Assembly: GCA_937887565.1 (NCBI GenBank)
Contig: CALABS010000012.1
Span: 57,400-121,399 of the forward strand
Direction: 5' to 3'
DNA length: 64,000 nt
Origin: an uncultured Rhodospirillaceae bacterium
Lineage (GTDB): Bacteria > Pseudomonadota > Alphaproteobacteria > Rhodospirillales > Magnetospirillaceae
Part shown: in pieces, positions 1-10,600 of the stretch
Numbering within the stretch: the stretch's first letter is position 1
Layout: each line of letters starts with the position of its first letter
Notes under the pieces: generated by a model
What the model was told of the DNA's origin: nothing
Database searches by the model: none
The model's input: only the letters and a program-made list of their open reading frames with translations
Translations under genes and position numbers: made by a program

Positions 1-1
1 C

Positions 2-637
2 GAGCGCTCGTGGCGCTGGAAGAATTTCTCCCCCGCCGAGATCGCCTGCCGAGGCAGCGGCTCCCTGCGGATCAACGAAGATGCGCTCGACAAGCTCCAG
101 GCGCTGCGCGATCGGCTTGGCAAGCCCCTCATCGTCCGTTCGGCCTACCGCAGTCCGGCGCACAACCGGGCCGTCGGCGGCGCGCCGCGCTCGAAGCACA
201 TGGACGGCACGGCCTTCGACATCGCCATGTCGAACCACGATCCGGTCGCCTTCGAGGCCGCTGCCCGAGCCGTCGGCTTTCTCGGCTTCGGCTACTATCC
301 CCGTTCGGGCTTCATGCACATCGACCTCGGTCCTGCTCGGCAATGGGGCGAGCGGTTCCCGGTGCAGGCGACGGCGTTCGCCGCTGAAACGGCGCCCGCG
401 CGGGCGGTTTTGGCCGACAGCCGCACGATGAAGGGCAGCGGCGCGGCAGGCGCGGCGACGCTCGGCGCCGCAGGCGTCGAGGTAGCGCAGAGCGTCCTGA
501 CGGAGACCCAGTCCACGATCCTGCCGCTCGTACCCTATCTCGACACCCTGCGCTGGGTGTTGATCGCCGTGGCGCTCGCGGGCGTTGCCGTGACGATCTA
601 CGCCCGCATCGACGACTGGAAGCGGGGGCGTCGATGA
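2..637 (+). CDS. Peptidase M15A-family cell-wall hydrolase (phage endolysin-like) with C-terminal TM anchor; 5' end lies outside the window
   Basis: The frame is open from the window edge: ...WKNFSPAEIACRGSGSLRINEDALDKLQALRDRLGKPLIVRSAYRSPAHNRAVGGAPRSKHMDGTAFDI... and GFMHIDLG are typical of M15A (DUF882/VanY-like) Zn peptidases. Hydrophobic C-terminus WVLIAVALAGVAVTIYA. The stop overlaps the next start as ATGA (634-637). Confidence 0.6.
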   Translation, partial: ERSWRWKNFSPAEIACRGSGSLRINEDALDKLQALRDRLGKPLIVRSAYRSPAHNRAVGGAPRSKHMDGTAFDIAMSNHDPVAFEAAARAVGFLGFGYYPRSGFMHIDLGPARQWGERFPVQATAFAAETAPARAVLADSRTMKGSGAAGAATLGAAGVEVAQSVLTETQSTILPLVPYLDTLRWVLIAVALAGVAVTIYARIDDWKRGRR

Positions 638-891
638 TCGCCGCTCTGTTCACCGGGATCGTCGCCAGCCCGTGGATGCGGGCGGCCTTGCGCTACAGCG
701 CCATCGCACTCGCCGTGCTTCTGTTCTTGCTGGCACTCCGGCGCTCCGGCGAGCGTGCTGGCCGCCTCGCCGAACGCCTCGAAACTTCGGAGAAGACCAA
801 TGACATCCATCGCCAGATGCTCGATGCGGCAGCTCGCCGTCCTCGTGATCGTAACGATCTCGCTGACCGGCTGCGCGACGGTCGCTTCTGA
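634..891 (+). CDS. Putative i-spanin (Rz-like), N-terminal TM helix plus charged helical tail
   Basis: 85 aa with an N-terminal hydrophobic segment (AIALAVLLFLLAL) and an Arg/Glu/Asp-rich C-terminus. It starts by ATGA overlap with the endolysin stop and contains the start of the following lipoprotein gene in another frame. Confidence 0.45.
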   Translation: MIAALFTGIVASPWMRAALRYSAIALAVLLFLLALRRSGERAGRLAERLETSEKTNDIHRQMLDAAARRPRDRNDLADRLRDGRF

Positions 892-1054
892 TCTTCGCGT
901 CACGACCATCTGCCCACCCGTTGTCGAGTATAGCCGCGAGTTCCAAGCGCGCGCAGCCGACGAGCTCGATCTGCTGCCGGAGGGGTCGGCTCTCGCCGAA
1001 ATGCTCGCCGACTATAGCGTTATGCGGGACCAAGCGCGCAGCTGCCGAGTGTGA
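800..1054 (+). CDS. Putative o-spanin (Rz1-like outer-membrane lipoprotein)
   Basis: ATG at 800 is preceded by GGAGA. Signal peptide plus lipobox: MTSIARCSMRQLAVLVIVTISLTG|C. It begins inside 634..891 in a different frame and extends past it, the overlapped spanin architecture. Confidence 0.5.
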   Translation: MTSIARCSMRQLAVLVIVTISLTGCATVASDLRVTTICPPVVEYSREFQARAADELDLLPEGSALAEMLADYSVMRDQARSCRV

Positions 1055-1056
1055 TT

Positions 1057-1818
1057 CTAGATTCTCCGAATGACCTTCGTCTCGATTAGAGCATGAAGAT
1101 GGGCACGCAGTCCTGCGGGGACGTGTCCACCGCTGATCACAACGCCGGCCTCCATATTCTTCTCCAACGCATGCCCAGTCAGGTTAGCGCTGGTCAAGAA
1201 GGCTGAATTGCCGTCGGCAACGGCCACTTTCGCGTGAACCCGTCCTTCGGCGAACGGTGCCGGCCGGTCGGTCCAGACATACAGCGCTGCCGAAGGAACA
1301 CACCGCCGCATTGTAGCAATAGGATCGACGGACAGGCTCCCGCCATGGCTCGTGGAGGTCTCCAACAGAATTCGGATGTCGATGCCGCGAGTGCTTGCAG
1401 CATTCAATGCATCGACCACCGAGGAGACGTCGTATGCAACAAAGCTAACGAGAAAGAGGTCACTTCGCGCGTGATCGATGAGATCCAGCAGCACCTGCTC
1501 CGTGCGGCGGGTGGCGACGAATGGTGTCGTCGGGCCCGTCCAAACTAGTTCGACGCTGTTCTCGCGCTGCGCCTGTTGGCGGGCGAAGGCTGCGCCGACC
1601 AAGATCCCGGCCAGAACATCGCCTGATATTTCCGTCTGTTTCCAAGCGGCGATCAAGCGATCAAGCGCTGCGCGAGCAGCCGGCGTGCTCACGAGCTGAT
1701 GCAGGCTTCCGTATCGTTCGACCGGCATCGAGCCGCGGACACGATCAGCGAGTGCTTCGATCCTCGACGGAGATAACATGGCCACGAGGTCTGTGGCCGC
1801 GACCAATATCGCTTCCAT
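1057..1818 (-). CDS. drmC: DISARM DrmC, phospholipase-D (HKD) family nuclease
   Basis: 253 aa. HKD motif RVHAKVAVADGNSAFLTSANLT near the C-terminus. The start shares one base with the drmB stop (TGATG at 1816-1820). Confidence 0.8.
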   Translation of the reverse strand: MEAILVAATDLVAMLSPSRIEALADRVRGSMPVERYGSLHQLVSTPAARAALDRLIAAWKQTEISGDVLAGILVGAAFARQQAQRENSVELVWTGPTTPFVATRRTEQVLLDLIDHARSDLFLVSFVAYDVSSVVDALNAASTRGIDIRILLETSTSHGGSLSVDPIATMRRCVPSAALYVWTDRPAPFAEGRVHAKVAVADGNSAFLTSANLTGHALEKNMEAGVVISGGHVPAGLRAHLHALIETKVIRRI

Positions 1819-3659
1819 CAGACGGTCTCGAAGAATGCCGCGTCGGGATTTTCAAGGGTGGGTACCACGAGGGAACGATCGAGATGACGATTTCCCCTCT
1901 CACAGGACGTTTCCGAGACGAATGAACAGGCGTGACATGCTGCGCCGTGAAGTGACTGGTCCTTACTCGGATCGTGTTCTGAACAGAGTGGATCGGATGC
2001 GCAAATATGGGCGCGATCCAGCGCTTGGCGCAGAAGTCGCCCAAGATTTTCAGGCTTTCCTAGCTCTACGAGACCTCCCAGAGTGCCATCGGAATCTGCT
2101 GCAGCTGTGTAGATGAGAAATCCGGCTTGATCCCTCCCGTCCTCGACGTCTGCATATATACGCTCCCGAATACTCGCGGCGTTGTAGCCGCACTCCAAGG
2201 CCAGTTCCCGGATCAGCATGTGCGCGAGCGTGTGTAGCATGACATAACGAACGCCCGGGTAACCTTGGCTTGGGTCCAGGTTCCTCTTTTGCCGCCATCC
2301 GCGATGGCCCTGCCGTAACCGAGAGTCGAGAGCCTTCACCGGATCCTTATCCGCCCAAGCCTTCAATGCATTTGCATCGAAGCGAACGAAAATTCCTTCA
2401 CCGTGAACTTGAGTGGCCGGCACCCAGTTCGGTGCTGCGCGTGCGAGCGGGGCCCGTGGGGCTGCCTCATCTCCCGTACCTTCGTCAGGAGACTCGACTC
2501 GTGTGAATCCAAGGAGGGCGTTCACCTCACGAAGCCGCTCCAGCAGCAGAACGCGTGTGATCGCCGCACCGAAGCCCGAGGGCACGCCCACCTTCTTGCT
2601 CATGAAATGCGGATAGTCGGTGGGTGGGTTCTCGGCCGTAAGCACATCCCATTCCGGCCCTTTGAGGTCGCTCTGTTCGACGCCCGGTCCGCCATTGCGA
2701 TGGGTTTCGATTGCGGACCAAATCTGCTCGTCAGTGAACTGCTCGATGCCAGGCAGCTGCGCCGTCTTCTTCAGGGTCTTGACGACGAACGCCACTTCGG
2801 CCGCCGAAGTGACGTCTTCAAAGAACGTCCAGCCATCCGCGACCAGTTGCGCCAGAGGGCTTCCCACCTGTGGGATCGCGAGAACCGAGAGTGTGACCGG
2901 GAACCAGCTATTGGTTGCGCCAAGGAGAATTGCGCGAGGTTCCTCGGTGCAATCGTCCTCAAAGCGATCCACGTGCGGATGTCGCCCTCGGCAGGCTGGA
3001 AGGTTGTCTCGACCTGCCTGACCAAAAGCCTGCGCCATGTTCTTCGATGCGCCGCAGCCATCGCATTTGACCCACAGGTTCTCGGTTTGAAGTGATGCGC
3101 CGCTCTCGAAGAACCTCAGCGTCGCACGACAGGTGCTAGATCCGCCGTGAACGAACCAGTGCCAGGCAAAGTCGTCGAGGTGGCCAGCCCGACACGCCAT
3201 GAGAAAGCGCGCCGGGACGGCATCGGCATCCCTGGCCCTTTGATCGTTATTCGATCCGCGACAGCCCTCATGGACGAAACGCGTCAGCTCGGGGCGATAC
3301 CTGTTTTCCTTCAGCTTGAACAAGCCGGCGTCATACGGCGATAGCAGGCCGCATTTGACGCAGCGCAGCCACCGCGGGAAGGGTTTGACGGGCACGCCGA
3401 TCAGCGCGGCGGCTGAAAATGGGTCTGTGATATCCCTTTCGCCCACGGGCGGCATACGCAATGATTCGACTTGGGGTCCGAGCACGCCCCGGACGTTGGC
3501 GAGCAACCGTGCCTCTTGGATCGGCTGACACCTGTCTTTCTCCCAGCGGTCGATCCCCATCGTGACCACCGACATGTTCGGGAGGTCGATCAAGGCTCCG
3601 GGGCCGTAGGTCCAAAGCAACTGGCTCGGTCGAATTTCTCCTACGGGTGTCCTGCTCAT
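1818..3659 (-). CDS. drmB: DISARM DrmB, DUF1998 (MrfA-like Zn-binding domain) protein
   Basis: C-terminal signature SLHGAACHACSFVSETSCERGNRHLDR is typical of DUF1998. Cys-rich internal clusters (CVKCG, CDGCG). Start chosen at M14 of the track ORF because it gives an ATGA overlap with the drmA stop (3656-3659); 3698 is the alternative. Confidence 0.8.
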   Translation of the reverse strand: MSRTPVGEIRPSQLLWTYGPGALIDLPNMSVVTMGIDRWEKDRCQPIQEARLLANVRGVLGPQVESLRMPPVGERDITDPFSAAALIGVPVKPFPRWLRCVKCGLLSPYDAGLFKLKENRYRPELTRFVHEGCRGSNNDQRARDADAVPARFLMACRAGHLDDFAWHWFVHGGSSTCRATLRFFESGASLQTENLWVKCDGCGASKNMAQAFGQAGRDNLPACRGRHPHVDRFEDDCTEEPRAILLGATNSWFPVTLSVLAIPQVGSPLAQLVADGWTFFEDVTSAAEVAFVVKTLKKTAQLPGIEQFTDEQIWSAIETHRNGGPGVEQSDLKGPEWDVLTAENPPTDYPHFMSKKVGVPSGFGAAITRVLLLERLREVNALLGFTRVESPDEGTGDEAAPRAPLARAAPNWVPATQVHGEGIFVRFDANALKAWADKDPVKALDSRLRQGHRGWRQKRNLDPSQGYPGVRYVMLHTLAHMLIRELALECGYNAASIRERIYADVEDGRDQAGFLIYTAAADSDGTLGGLVELGKPENLGRLLRQALDRAHICASDPLCSEHDPSKDQSLHGAACHACSFVSETSCERGNRHLDRSLVVPTLENPDAAFFETV

Positions 3660-6600
3660 TGCTGATCCTCCTGGGGCTGCGTCACCCGCGGTCTCCAAGT
3701 CGGATCACTCGTCGAACGGTCGTCCTCCATCACGAGCCTGACACCAGGCTCGACTTCGCGCATGGACATCGGGACCGTCCAATCGGTCCAAGGTTTGATG
3801 CCCGGCGCCGAAAGCAGCGGATAGGCGGTGGGGCCTGCGCCGTGCTTCTGGTAGACGAGCGTGCGGCCGCCGACGCCCGCTTCATTGGCCCAATCGTCAG
3901 CGCGGCTCTTCATCTCGGCTTCGGTCAGGGTCTTCTTCCCCGAATCTTCCGTGACTTCCCAGGTGCGAGCGGCGACGGCGCCTATCGTATCCAACATCTC
4001 TTTGCGGCTCGGACTGTTCATGGCGCCAGCGCCGTCGTTTGCGGCGAAGGGATCGTAGGTGTGACGCATGATGGAGAGCATCGCGCCGGTGAGCCCTCGG
4101 TCCAACGCCCGTGGCGAGAACGGGGTGACGGATTGAGCTTCGACGTGCTGATAGAAGGTCGCGTGGTAATGCTCGAAGGTCTCGTAATGCGACAAGTCCC
4201 GAGGCCGCGCCCAGGTCAGCACAGTGGCCACCAGTCCTGGCGGCGTTCGGCCCACACGGCTGGTCGCCTGGATGTACTCGGCCGTTCCCTTGGGTTGGCC
4301 GTTTACGACCATCACTCCGAGACGATTCACGTCAACACCGACCGACAGCATGTTCGTGGCGAGAACGGCATCGATCGGCCGGGCCTCCCCTGGTTTCCTG
4401 TTGGTCACCCATTTGCCTAGTGCCGGATCGAAGGTGCCATCGAAAGGAACCTCGAGCTGATCGAGGTATCTCGGGATGTCCTGACTGGAGACCCGCGATG
4501 TCAGTTCGCTGATTTCCTCGACCCGCCGCTGCGCGAGCCCCGGTCGGTCCACCAGGCTCATATCGACACGGAAGGAACGCGTTTGGACGTCGTCTTCGGC
4601 CAGACGCTTCATCCCTCCGAGTTCTCGTAGCGAGTTGAAGTAGCCGACGAGGGTCATATAGGGGTCGGCCACCGGGCCGAACCGATCGAACAGCGCCTGC
4701 GCTGCGGTGAGGAACGCCGTATAGGTCCTGATCAGCACCGCAGGGCGAGAGCTTCCGGGTGCGCAGATTCCGATGTACCGTCGGCCGGGTTTTTCGCGGA
4801 TGGGCCTCTGGACCGAGAAGAAATTGTCTTCGACGTCCAGGCCGGAAGGCGGAAACACGGAAATGCGGCGCATGAAGACATTGCGCACCTGGTCGTCGGC
4901 CCGCCGCACGGTCGCGGTAGAAGCCACGACCTTGGGACGAACCTTCTCGTCGCCCAGACCCCAGCTGCTCAGCTCGTCGACGGCCGTTTCGTAAAGACCC
5001 ACCATGGTGCCCAGCGGACCGCTGATGAGGTGGAACTCGTCCTGGATGATCAGGTCGGGTGGTCGGATTGCACGGACCGGCTTCACACTGGCGGCCGGAT
5101 ATGCCCCCCTCGTTCGGTGCCCCGTGCCGCAGTCGTGACTCGGCCAGAGCAAACCATGGCGTCCGCATTCCTGCTCGACGCGGCCGAAAAGGTTCCGAAC
5201 CTCGGGACGCCACGCCATCATCGCGAACTTGTCGACGGTCGCGATCATCATCGTCGGCGGGCGGTGATATATTTCCTCGTCGACGACTTTCACGGGAAGC
5301 CCCGGGTGAGGCTGCCCAGTGGATTTCGCCTTCGAGAAATCGCAGCCGCCCAGCTTGTCGCCGCAGTGGATCAGCGTTCGGCCGGCGATCCTGTCGACCT
5401 TGATGTCGCGACCACCGGAGATCTCCGAACCGCACCAAGGGCAGCTGGTCAGCTGCGCAGGCGATGCAATGCCCGCCTTGTTGCGATCGTTGTTTCGAAT
5501 GGCCTCGACAGCCTGGTGAGACGCTTCGGTCGTGCCCGGTGTCACGCGATTGCCGACCCAGAGACCGAGCGTGAAAGGTTCCTTGCCCCAGGTCTTGTCG
5601 TCTGCACGACGGATGACCTCCATCGCGCAGAGCAGCGTCGTCGCCCTCTGGAACTGCTGAAGAGTAAGCAGTCGCAGCGTGTAGCGCATGATGACGGCGA
5701 GACCGCGTGATGCGTCGAGGCCGCCGAGATCATTCTTCAGTCGGCGCATGGCCATGGCGAAGGCCGCCACACCGAGATAGGCCTCGGTTTTGCCACCACC
5801 CGTCGGGAACCAGAGGAGATCGGCGAACGCCTCGACCGGCTTCGTCCGGTCCGGGTGTGTCGGATCGGCGAGCGACGGGATCGACAGGAGCAGGAACGCA
5901 AGCTGGAACGGGCGCCACGATCTGTTCTTCGGCACGTCCAAAGTGGTCACGTCGACGGCTTCGTTCCGTCTGCGCTTCAGAGCGTAGATGCTCCGCACAC
6001 GCTGCATGGCCATGGACCGGTTGGCGAAGCGGAACGCCTCCAGCGCCTTCGGATCGGCGAAGAGCGTACCCATGCCCTCTCGGAGGCGGCGCAGGATCTC
6101 CTCGCAGCGCTGAATGACGTCCTTGCCCGGATCATCGAAGCCGGTGATCTCCGACCCCAGCCGGGCCTTCTGCTCACCGATCCAAACGGCATAGTCGTCG
6201 ACGAGGCACGAGAGAGCGTCGCGCAGCGCGTCTGGCGCCATCTCCGCCAGCCGCGTCATGTCGAGCCAGCCCTCGTCGACCATGCGCCGCATGGCAGGGC
6301 GGTCCCTGGGATCGAGGCCGGGCGTTTCGGTGACGGCGACTTCGTAGCGCGGGATGATCTCCGTTCTGACGCGATGAGCCTTCGTCGGCTCCTCGGGCGT
6401 CGTATCCGCGTGTACGGAGACCCCGTGTCCGACCGCGAACTCCAGCCTGTTGCGATAGATGAGCGCGAGACGGTCGCGTTCCGGGTCGTCGACGACCACT
6501 TCGTTGGAGGGGCGACGCCGAAAGACCGACTTGTCCCCGTGATCTTCGGGGGCCTCTACGGTGATCTCCGGCTGGAACAGCCAGGCGCGGTCCTTGTTGT

Positions 6601-7651
6601 CTTCGGGTTCCAACTGCCCGTTGACGAGGAACAACGTGACCAGGCACTCCCCCTTGTTGTTCGTCCGAACCGTCCCCTGCAGGCGGACATCCGGTTGATC
6701 GGGGTCGGGAGTGGACGGCTTGATCGGCCCATCGACGAGCGGAACCGTGACGACGCCACCGCATGGGATGCGCTGCCAGACCCTGACCTTCACCTCCTCC
6801 TGGTGACCGGTTTGGCGGTTCTTCCGTGTTTTGACGATGTCGTGTTCATCGTTCGGGACCCGCTCGTACCGTCCCCACCGTGCATCGACGGCCAGCTTCC
6901 CGACGTCGGGCGCCACGCAGAAGGTGAGGCCCATGCTGGAGGGAACCAGCGACTGGTTGTTCGTCGTGTCGATCTCGTCGAGCGCGTCGTCTTCCGGCTC
7001 CACCCGGCCCGATGCACTGGCGAACTCGGCGCCGGGCTCGTGGAGTGGCGCCGTCCGTTCATCCTCGAGGTCGCCAGCCTCCTCGGCTGCCGAGGCCGGT
7101 TCGATCCGTGCCGCCTGGTCGTCATCCGGTCGGCGCGGCGCCAGCTTGCCGACCAGGTAGCGGTCGCGGACGCTCATGTCCTTGATCAGCTCATGAGGGC
7201 CACCGGCGGGGCCGAGCAGATCGTCGCGTACGGCGAGTTCCAGGAGGTCGCGGGTGTAGACGACATCGTCGATCAGCGGCACTGCGCCGGGGGCAGAAAC
7301 GCCGAGCAGCGGCAGGATGCGGAGGAACTCGTCCCATGGGAGCCGCGCCACAGGGCCGGTCGGCGCGGTCAGGCCGAGGACGGCGAGCGGCATGGACGGT
7401 TCGACGGCCTGCCAATGGTCGAAATGGATCGTGGCGCTGTCGAGATCCGAACGAATGCGAAGGATCCGACCCACCTCGGTGACGTTGGCGCCATCGTCCA
7501 GAACGACAACCCATTGGCCTTCCTCGATCGCGCCGAGAGTGGTCGACCCCACGTCAATGCGTACAGAATAGCGCGGCGAGTTGGACGTCCTCTTGAGAAT
7601 CCAGGCGCTGACGGATGGTTCGGTGGTCGCGGTCAGATCGGCCATGGTCAA
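3656..7651 (-). CDS. drmA: DISARM DrmA, large superfamily-2 DExH helicase
   Basis: 1331 aa. Motif I WFPTGGGKTEAYLGV, motif II IIQDEFHLISGPLG, motif VI YIQATSRVGR. Sits directly upstream of the DUF1998 gene, the characteristic helicase+DUF1998 pairing. ATGA overlap with the drmMI stop. Confidence 0.85.
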   Translation of the reverse strand: MTMADLTATTEPSVSAWILKRTSNSPRYSVRIDVGSTTLGAIEEGQWVVVLDDGANVTEVGRILRIRSDLDSATIHFDHWQAVEPSMPLAVLGLTAPTGPVARLPWDEFLRILPLLGVSAPGAVPLIDDVVYTRDLLELAVRDDLLGPAGGPHELIKDMSVRDRYLVGKLAPRRPDDDQAARIEPASAAEEAGDLEDERTAPLHEPGAEFASASGRVEPEDDALDEIDTTNNQSLVPSSMGLTFCVAPDVGKLAVDARWGRYERVPNDEHDIVKTRKNRQTGHQEEVKVRVWQRIPCGGVVTVPLVDGPIKPSTPDPDQPDVRLQGTVRTNNKGECLVTLFLVNGQLEPEDNKDRAWLFQPEITVEAPEDHGDKSVFRRRPSNEVVVDDPERDRLALIYRNRLEFAVGHGVSVHADTTPEEPTKAHRVRTEIIPRYEVAVTETPGLDPRDRPAMRRMVDEGWLDMTRLAEMAPDALRDALSCLVDDYAVWIGEQKARLGSEITGFDDPGKDVIQRCEEILRRLREGMGTLFADPKALEAFRFANRSMAMQRVRSIYALKRRRNEAVDVTTLDVPKNRSWRPFQLAFLLLSIPSLADPTHPDRTKPVEAFADLLWFPTGGGKTEAYLGVAAFAMAMRRLKNDLGGLDASRGLAVIMRYTLRLLTLQQFQRATTLLCAMEVIRRADDKTWGKEPFTLGLWVGNRVTPGTTEASHQAVEAIRNNDRNKAGIASPAQLTSCPWCGSEISGGRDIKVDRIAGRTLIHCGDKLGGCDFSKAKSTGQPHPGLPVKVVDEEIYHRPPTMMIATVDKFAMMAWRPEVRNLFGRVEQECGRHGLLWPSHDCGTGHRTRGAYPAASVKPVRAIRPPDLIIQDEFHLISGPLGTMVGLYETAVDELSSWGLGDEKVRPKVVASTATVRRADDQVRNVFMRRISVFPPSGLDVEDNFFSVQRPIREKPGRRYIGICAPGSSRPAVLIRTYTAFLTAAQALFDRFGPVADPYMTLVGYFNSLRELGGMKRLAEDDVQTRSFRVDMSLVDRPGLAQRRVEEISELTSRVSSQDIPRYLDQLEVPFDGTFDPALGKWVTNRKPGEARPIDAVLATNMLSVGVDVNRLGVMVVNGQPKGTAEYIQATSRVGRTPPGLVATVLTWARPRDLSHYETFEHYHATFYQHVEAQSVTPFSPRALDRGLTGAMLSIMRHTYDPFAANDGAGAMNSPSRKEMLDTIGAVAARTWEVTEDSGKKTLTEAEMKSRADDWANEAGVGGRTLVYQKHGAGPTAYPLLSAPGIKPWTDWTVPMSMREVEPGVRLVMEDDRSTSDPTWRPRVTQPQEDQQ

Positions 7652-10600
7652 TCGCCCCCCTCAATGGTCATTGGAAGAATGTCGTCGAGGTCGAGCGTCG
7701 GCTCGGACGCAGAAGTAGCGCGAGATCTGCGTCCACGCGCCTTAGCTGGGCCTGCGGTCCCGCCATGTAGACCCTGGTCGACCTCTTCCTGGTAACGCAG
7801 ACGATTGAGTTCAGCTAACCGACGCAGCACTTCTAGACGCGCCGACTCTGAGATCGTGAAGCGGGTTCGGTCGTTCTCGGGAAGGTAGGAAACCTCATGG
7901 AAACCATGACCGAGATCCACATCATCCCATCCGTATGCTTGAACAACGGCAACGTCGATTTGATAGTGCAATTCTCGAAGCTCTTTGACCTCTTCGTCTT
8001 GGTCCTCCGCATCGTGCAGTCGGTTGAATACGCCCGTCAATCCAATCTGCCTTGACACACTTATTCTGCGACGGAGATCTATAATACTCCTCACAATTTC
8101 TCTTTGCGAAACGCCTAGAGCCGGAGCTGGAAATGTTTCGAATGAGTCGCCCGGGGTATATAGAAGCCGTGTCTCAAGGGTAGAAGCGTGCTTCCTAACC
8201 CATACTTCGTGGATTTGGCTGAGCAAAGCACCAAGTAGATTTAGATCCTCAGATGCAAATACAGTTATCCGGTCAGACCATATTATGTTCGATGGCACCA
8301 AAGATGGCGCCAGATACTTAGAGACTCGCGATAGGCATATAACATTCTGCAGGGCAGACGCATCTTCTCGCCACCCTTCGACATGCCTTTCGAAATGGTG
8401 ACCTTGCCCCACGGCGTGATAAAGGCCGTGGCGCTCATTCCAATGCAGCCACCACCTCTGCATGATATTCCGGTATGCTCGTTGCTTGCTCTGTTCGAGG
8501 CGTTTTGGGTACACCTCTCGCTCAACGTGCTTCCAAGGCAGCGTGTATGTTTTTGCGCGCTCTTCGGGCCAGTCCCAAAAGTTGACGACCCATCTGCTCG
8601 GACACTGCTCAGGGTCCGAATTCAAGTCCTCGCCGTTCATGTAAGGAAATAGAACTTCAGCGTTCTTCGGGTCAGCATCAAGCATGTCGGCCGCTTCCCT
8701 AGGGGTAAGCGTGAAGCCGATCGCGTTAAGCTTCGATCCCTCAAATGCAATTCCCTTATTGGCGCGAAGCTGCTTAGGGCTCCACTCTTCTTGATCCGAA
8801 AGGAACGCGGAAATGTACCTGACAGGCTGTCCAGAGAGTGTTCGCTGTCCCCGCCAATCCCCCTTGTACACATGTACCTGACTGGTAACTACGGCCGCGG
8901 ATCCAGGCCAGGGTTCGTTTGGATATGCAGAATGTACTGCAGACCCATTGTGCAATAGCCATTCTAGACCGCACTGGCGGGTATCTCCCTCGGAGATAGT
9001 ATTTGTTGCAAGTAGTCCGAAATTCCCCCCTTCTCTCAACAAAGAAAATGCGCGCCGGAAAAAGTGCGCCGAGAGGTCTACATTCCTGTTGGTTCCTGCG
9101 TGAATATTCACCAGCCATGTGTTGAATGCTGGGCCCAAGATCGTACTGATTCTCTTGCCGCCTAGAAACGGTGGGTTGCCGATAAACGCGTCAAAGCCCG
9201 CACTTTTGCGAAGAAAAACTTCTGGGAATTCTAGGGGCCAATGGAAAGGCCGTCGCACCGCTCCGTCGGGCGCATCTTTGGCCAAATCATTCTGAGCGTC
9301 ATGCAGGAGTCGTCTTTTTGCCGGTGTGTCGCCATCTGCGGCGGCGTCGGCGAAAGCCGCCAACGTCTCGATCCGTGCGGTGCGCTCTCCCGAACGCTGT
9401 TCTGCCAGAACGATGCCGATGAAAGCATCGGCGATGAGCGTCGGCAGCGCCAGTTCACCGCGCGATTGCGCATCAAGTGCTGCCATCGCCCCGACATCAT
9501 GAATATCGCGAATTGGGATCTCCCGCAGACGAGCGCGGAGTTCGAGCGCCTTGTCGACCGCTGATCGAATGGTCCGTCCAAACAATCGGAGCTGAGCCTT
9601 CCCCTTCGGATTCATGTCGAGCTCGACCAGCTGACCGAGATCGTGAATCCCGAGAAGGCTGTCACCACTACGCAGATTGTGGTCGAGGAAGCCGAAGGGC
9701 CGTCCCTTCGACATGGTGGTGAGCCAGAGCGACAGCTTGGCCAGCTCCACGGCCAGAGGGTTCTTGTCTACGCCGTAGAGGCATCGCTCCGCCACGAGGC
9801 GACGGGCGACGATCGCGCGTTCCTCCGCGTCCTGTGAGAGGGGATCGAAGCCCTCGGCGGTATCGCCTTCGACGATGCGCCCCTCGCTGTCGATCTGCTT
9901 GCCGGTCTTCTCCGTTGCCGACCAAGCCTCGACCAGACGATCCGAGAGCCATCGGCACGCCTGCACGAGGAAGGCTCCAGACCCCATGGCAGGATCGCAG
10001 ATCTTCAGGTCGAGCAGCTCCTCGGCGCTTTTCAGCTCCCAGTCCTCGGGCGCTTTGCCTTCGGCCGGGCCGCGGTAGGCGACTGGAGTCAGCGTTTCCG
10101 CGACGATCTTCTCCGTCAGGCTCTTCGGCGTGTAGTGCGTGCCGCTCTCGCGCCGGTCGGCGCCGAGCACGACGACAAAGGCGCCCTTGTGGTGGACGAG
10201 CGGATAGCCCCAGGGATCGGTCCGCAGGAGGGACGCGGAGGGCAGGATGCGATCGCGCAGACCGATATCGCCGCGGCAAACGGTGAGGAGGCGCGCGGCG
10301 AGACGATCGTCGGCTGGCCGCTCGAGGGCGTTACGGATGGCGGACTCTGAGCGCTCGCTCCGTTCCTTCAGCAGTTCAGCAACCCTCGCCGGACCATCCA
10401 GGCGCGCCGACTCCAACTCGCCAAGCGTCACGCGCGGGCTCTTCGCCTTCGCGCCGCTGTCGAGTTCCAGCGTGACATCGTCGACGCGCTTCACCGTGCG
10501 TTCGAGGAGGCCCTCGTAGACGTGCCCGATCTGCTCCACGTCGAGCGCGCGGTAGGACAGCGTGCGGCCTTCGAAAGTCTGGATCGCTTCCAACAACAGC

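Noticed and set aside
3647-7795. Alternative-frame and antisense ORFs inside drmA/drmB (e.g. 3647-4420, 4332-5438, 5855-7795) as possible embedded genes
   Set aside because: They are fully nested in the helicase gene, lack start context and motifs, and have Arg/Gly/Pro-rich translations. The drmA frame carries all the helicase motifs without interruption.
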